Shown piece by piece: positions 63,718-64,000 of a stretch of 64,000 nucleotides of DNA (within the stretch, counting starts at the first letter, position 1; each line of letters opens with the position of its first letter). The notes beneath the pieces are model-generated. The model made no database searches. It was not told the origin of the DNA and was given only the letters and a program-made list of their open reading frames with translations. The DNA comes from Cyanobacteriota bacterium (GTDB lineage Bacteria > Cyanobacteriota > Cyanobacteriia > PCC-6307 > Cyanobiaceae). A program made the translations under genes and the position numbers. The stretch lies in NCBI GenBank assembly GCA_046052125.1, contig JBJOMY010000005.1, positions 208,376-272,375 of the forward strand, in the 5' to 3' direction.

Positions 63718-63882
63718 GCCAAGTCCTGGTCAGGCCGTTGACGACCTTCAATGATCCCGAGGATACCGTGCCAAAACGTTTGCATCTTGATCTCACCATC
63801 CAACTACAAACCAATCAGCGGCAAAGCCCTTGGCAGCAGACCCCCGCCGGCATCCAAGAAACGAACCAAGAAGCCAACCAAC

Positions 63883-63909
63883 AAAAAAGCCACCCTTATG
63901 GGTGGCTTT
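63883..63909 (-). terminator. Probable rRNA operon terminator
   Basis: Minus strand AAAGCCACCC-ATAA-GGGTGGC-T6, about 70 nt past the 5S end. Confidence 0.85.
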
Positions 63910-63980
63910 CTCGTCTCCAGCTGTTGCGGTGATCAATTCACGCGGCAGCAGTTGGAGGATGGTGGAGCAAAGAATGTTTT

Positions 63981-64000
63981 ACCTGGCATCGACCTATTTT
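63981..64000 (-). rRNA. rrf: 5S rRNA, 3' terminal fragment at window edge
   Basis: Minus strand AAAATAGGTCGATGCCAGGT resembles the cyanobacterial 5S 3' end; only 20 nt visible; terminator follows. Confidence 0.8.

Overview
GC-rich chromosomal window from a picocyanobacterium (Synechococcus/Cyanobium-type, inferred from psbX, ycf66, cpcG, a CpcS-type lyase, two hli genes, ftrC-suf/sufR and gene order). It is mostly conserved housekeeping DNA: msrB, tRNA-Leu(GAG), accC, rpsU, def, sufR/ftrC-sufBCDS, cpcG, pgm, an RND pump, rarA, bcp, coaX, cysH, NDH-2, hflX, 1-Cys Prx, anmK, ABC-F, HtrA, hrpB, xseAB. It ends in the 3' tip of a minus-strand 5S rRNA. I saw no CRISPR array, integrase, transposase or prophage, and nothing here proves a new system. 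Best leads: (1) a block at 14.8-21.3 kb with coupled mtnA plus a FucA-like aldolase (DHAP-shunt type) beside a Tat phosphoesterase, a GltS-like symporter and two methyltransferases; (2) a secreted DUF1400-like protein ending in a Pro/Ala linker + VRGLW, with an AT-rich operator-like dyad upstream and a double 3' hairpin; (3) a stand-alone HAD-IIB resembling the phosphatase half of proteobacterial GgpPS; (4) small proteins (Nif11-like leader without core, 4-Cys protein) sharing an identical 13-bp upstream motif; (5) lower-GC patches inside conserved genes. All family calls come from motif recognition by eye, not database searches.
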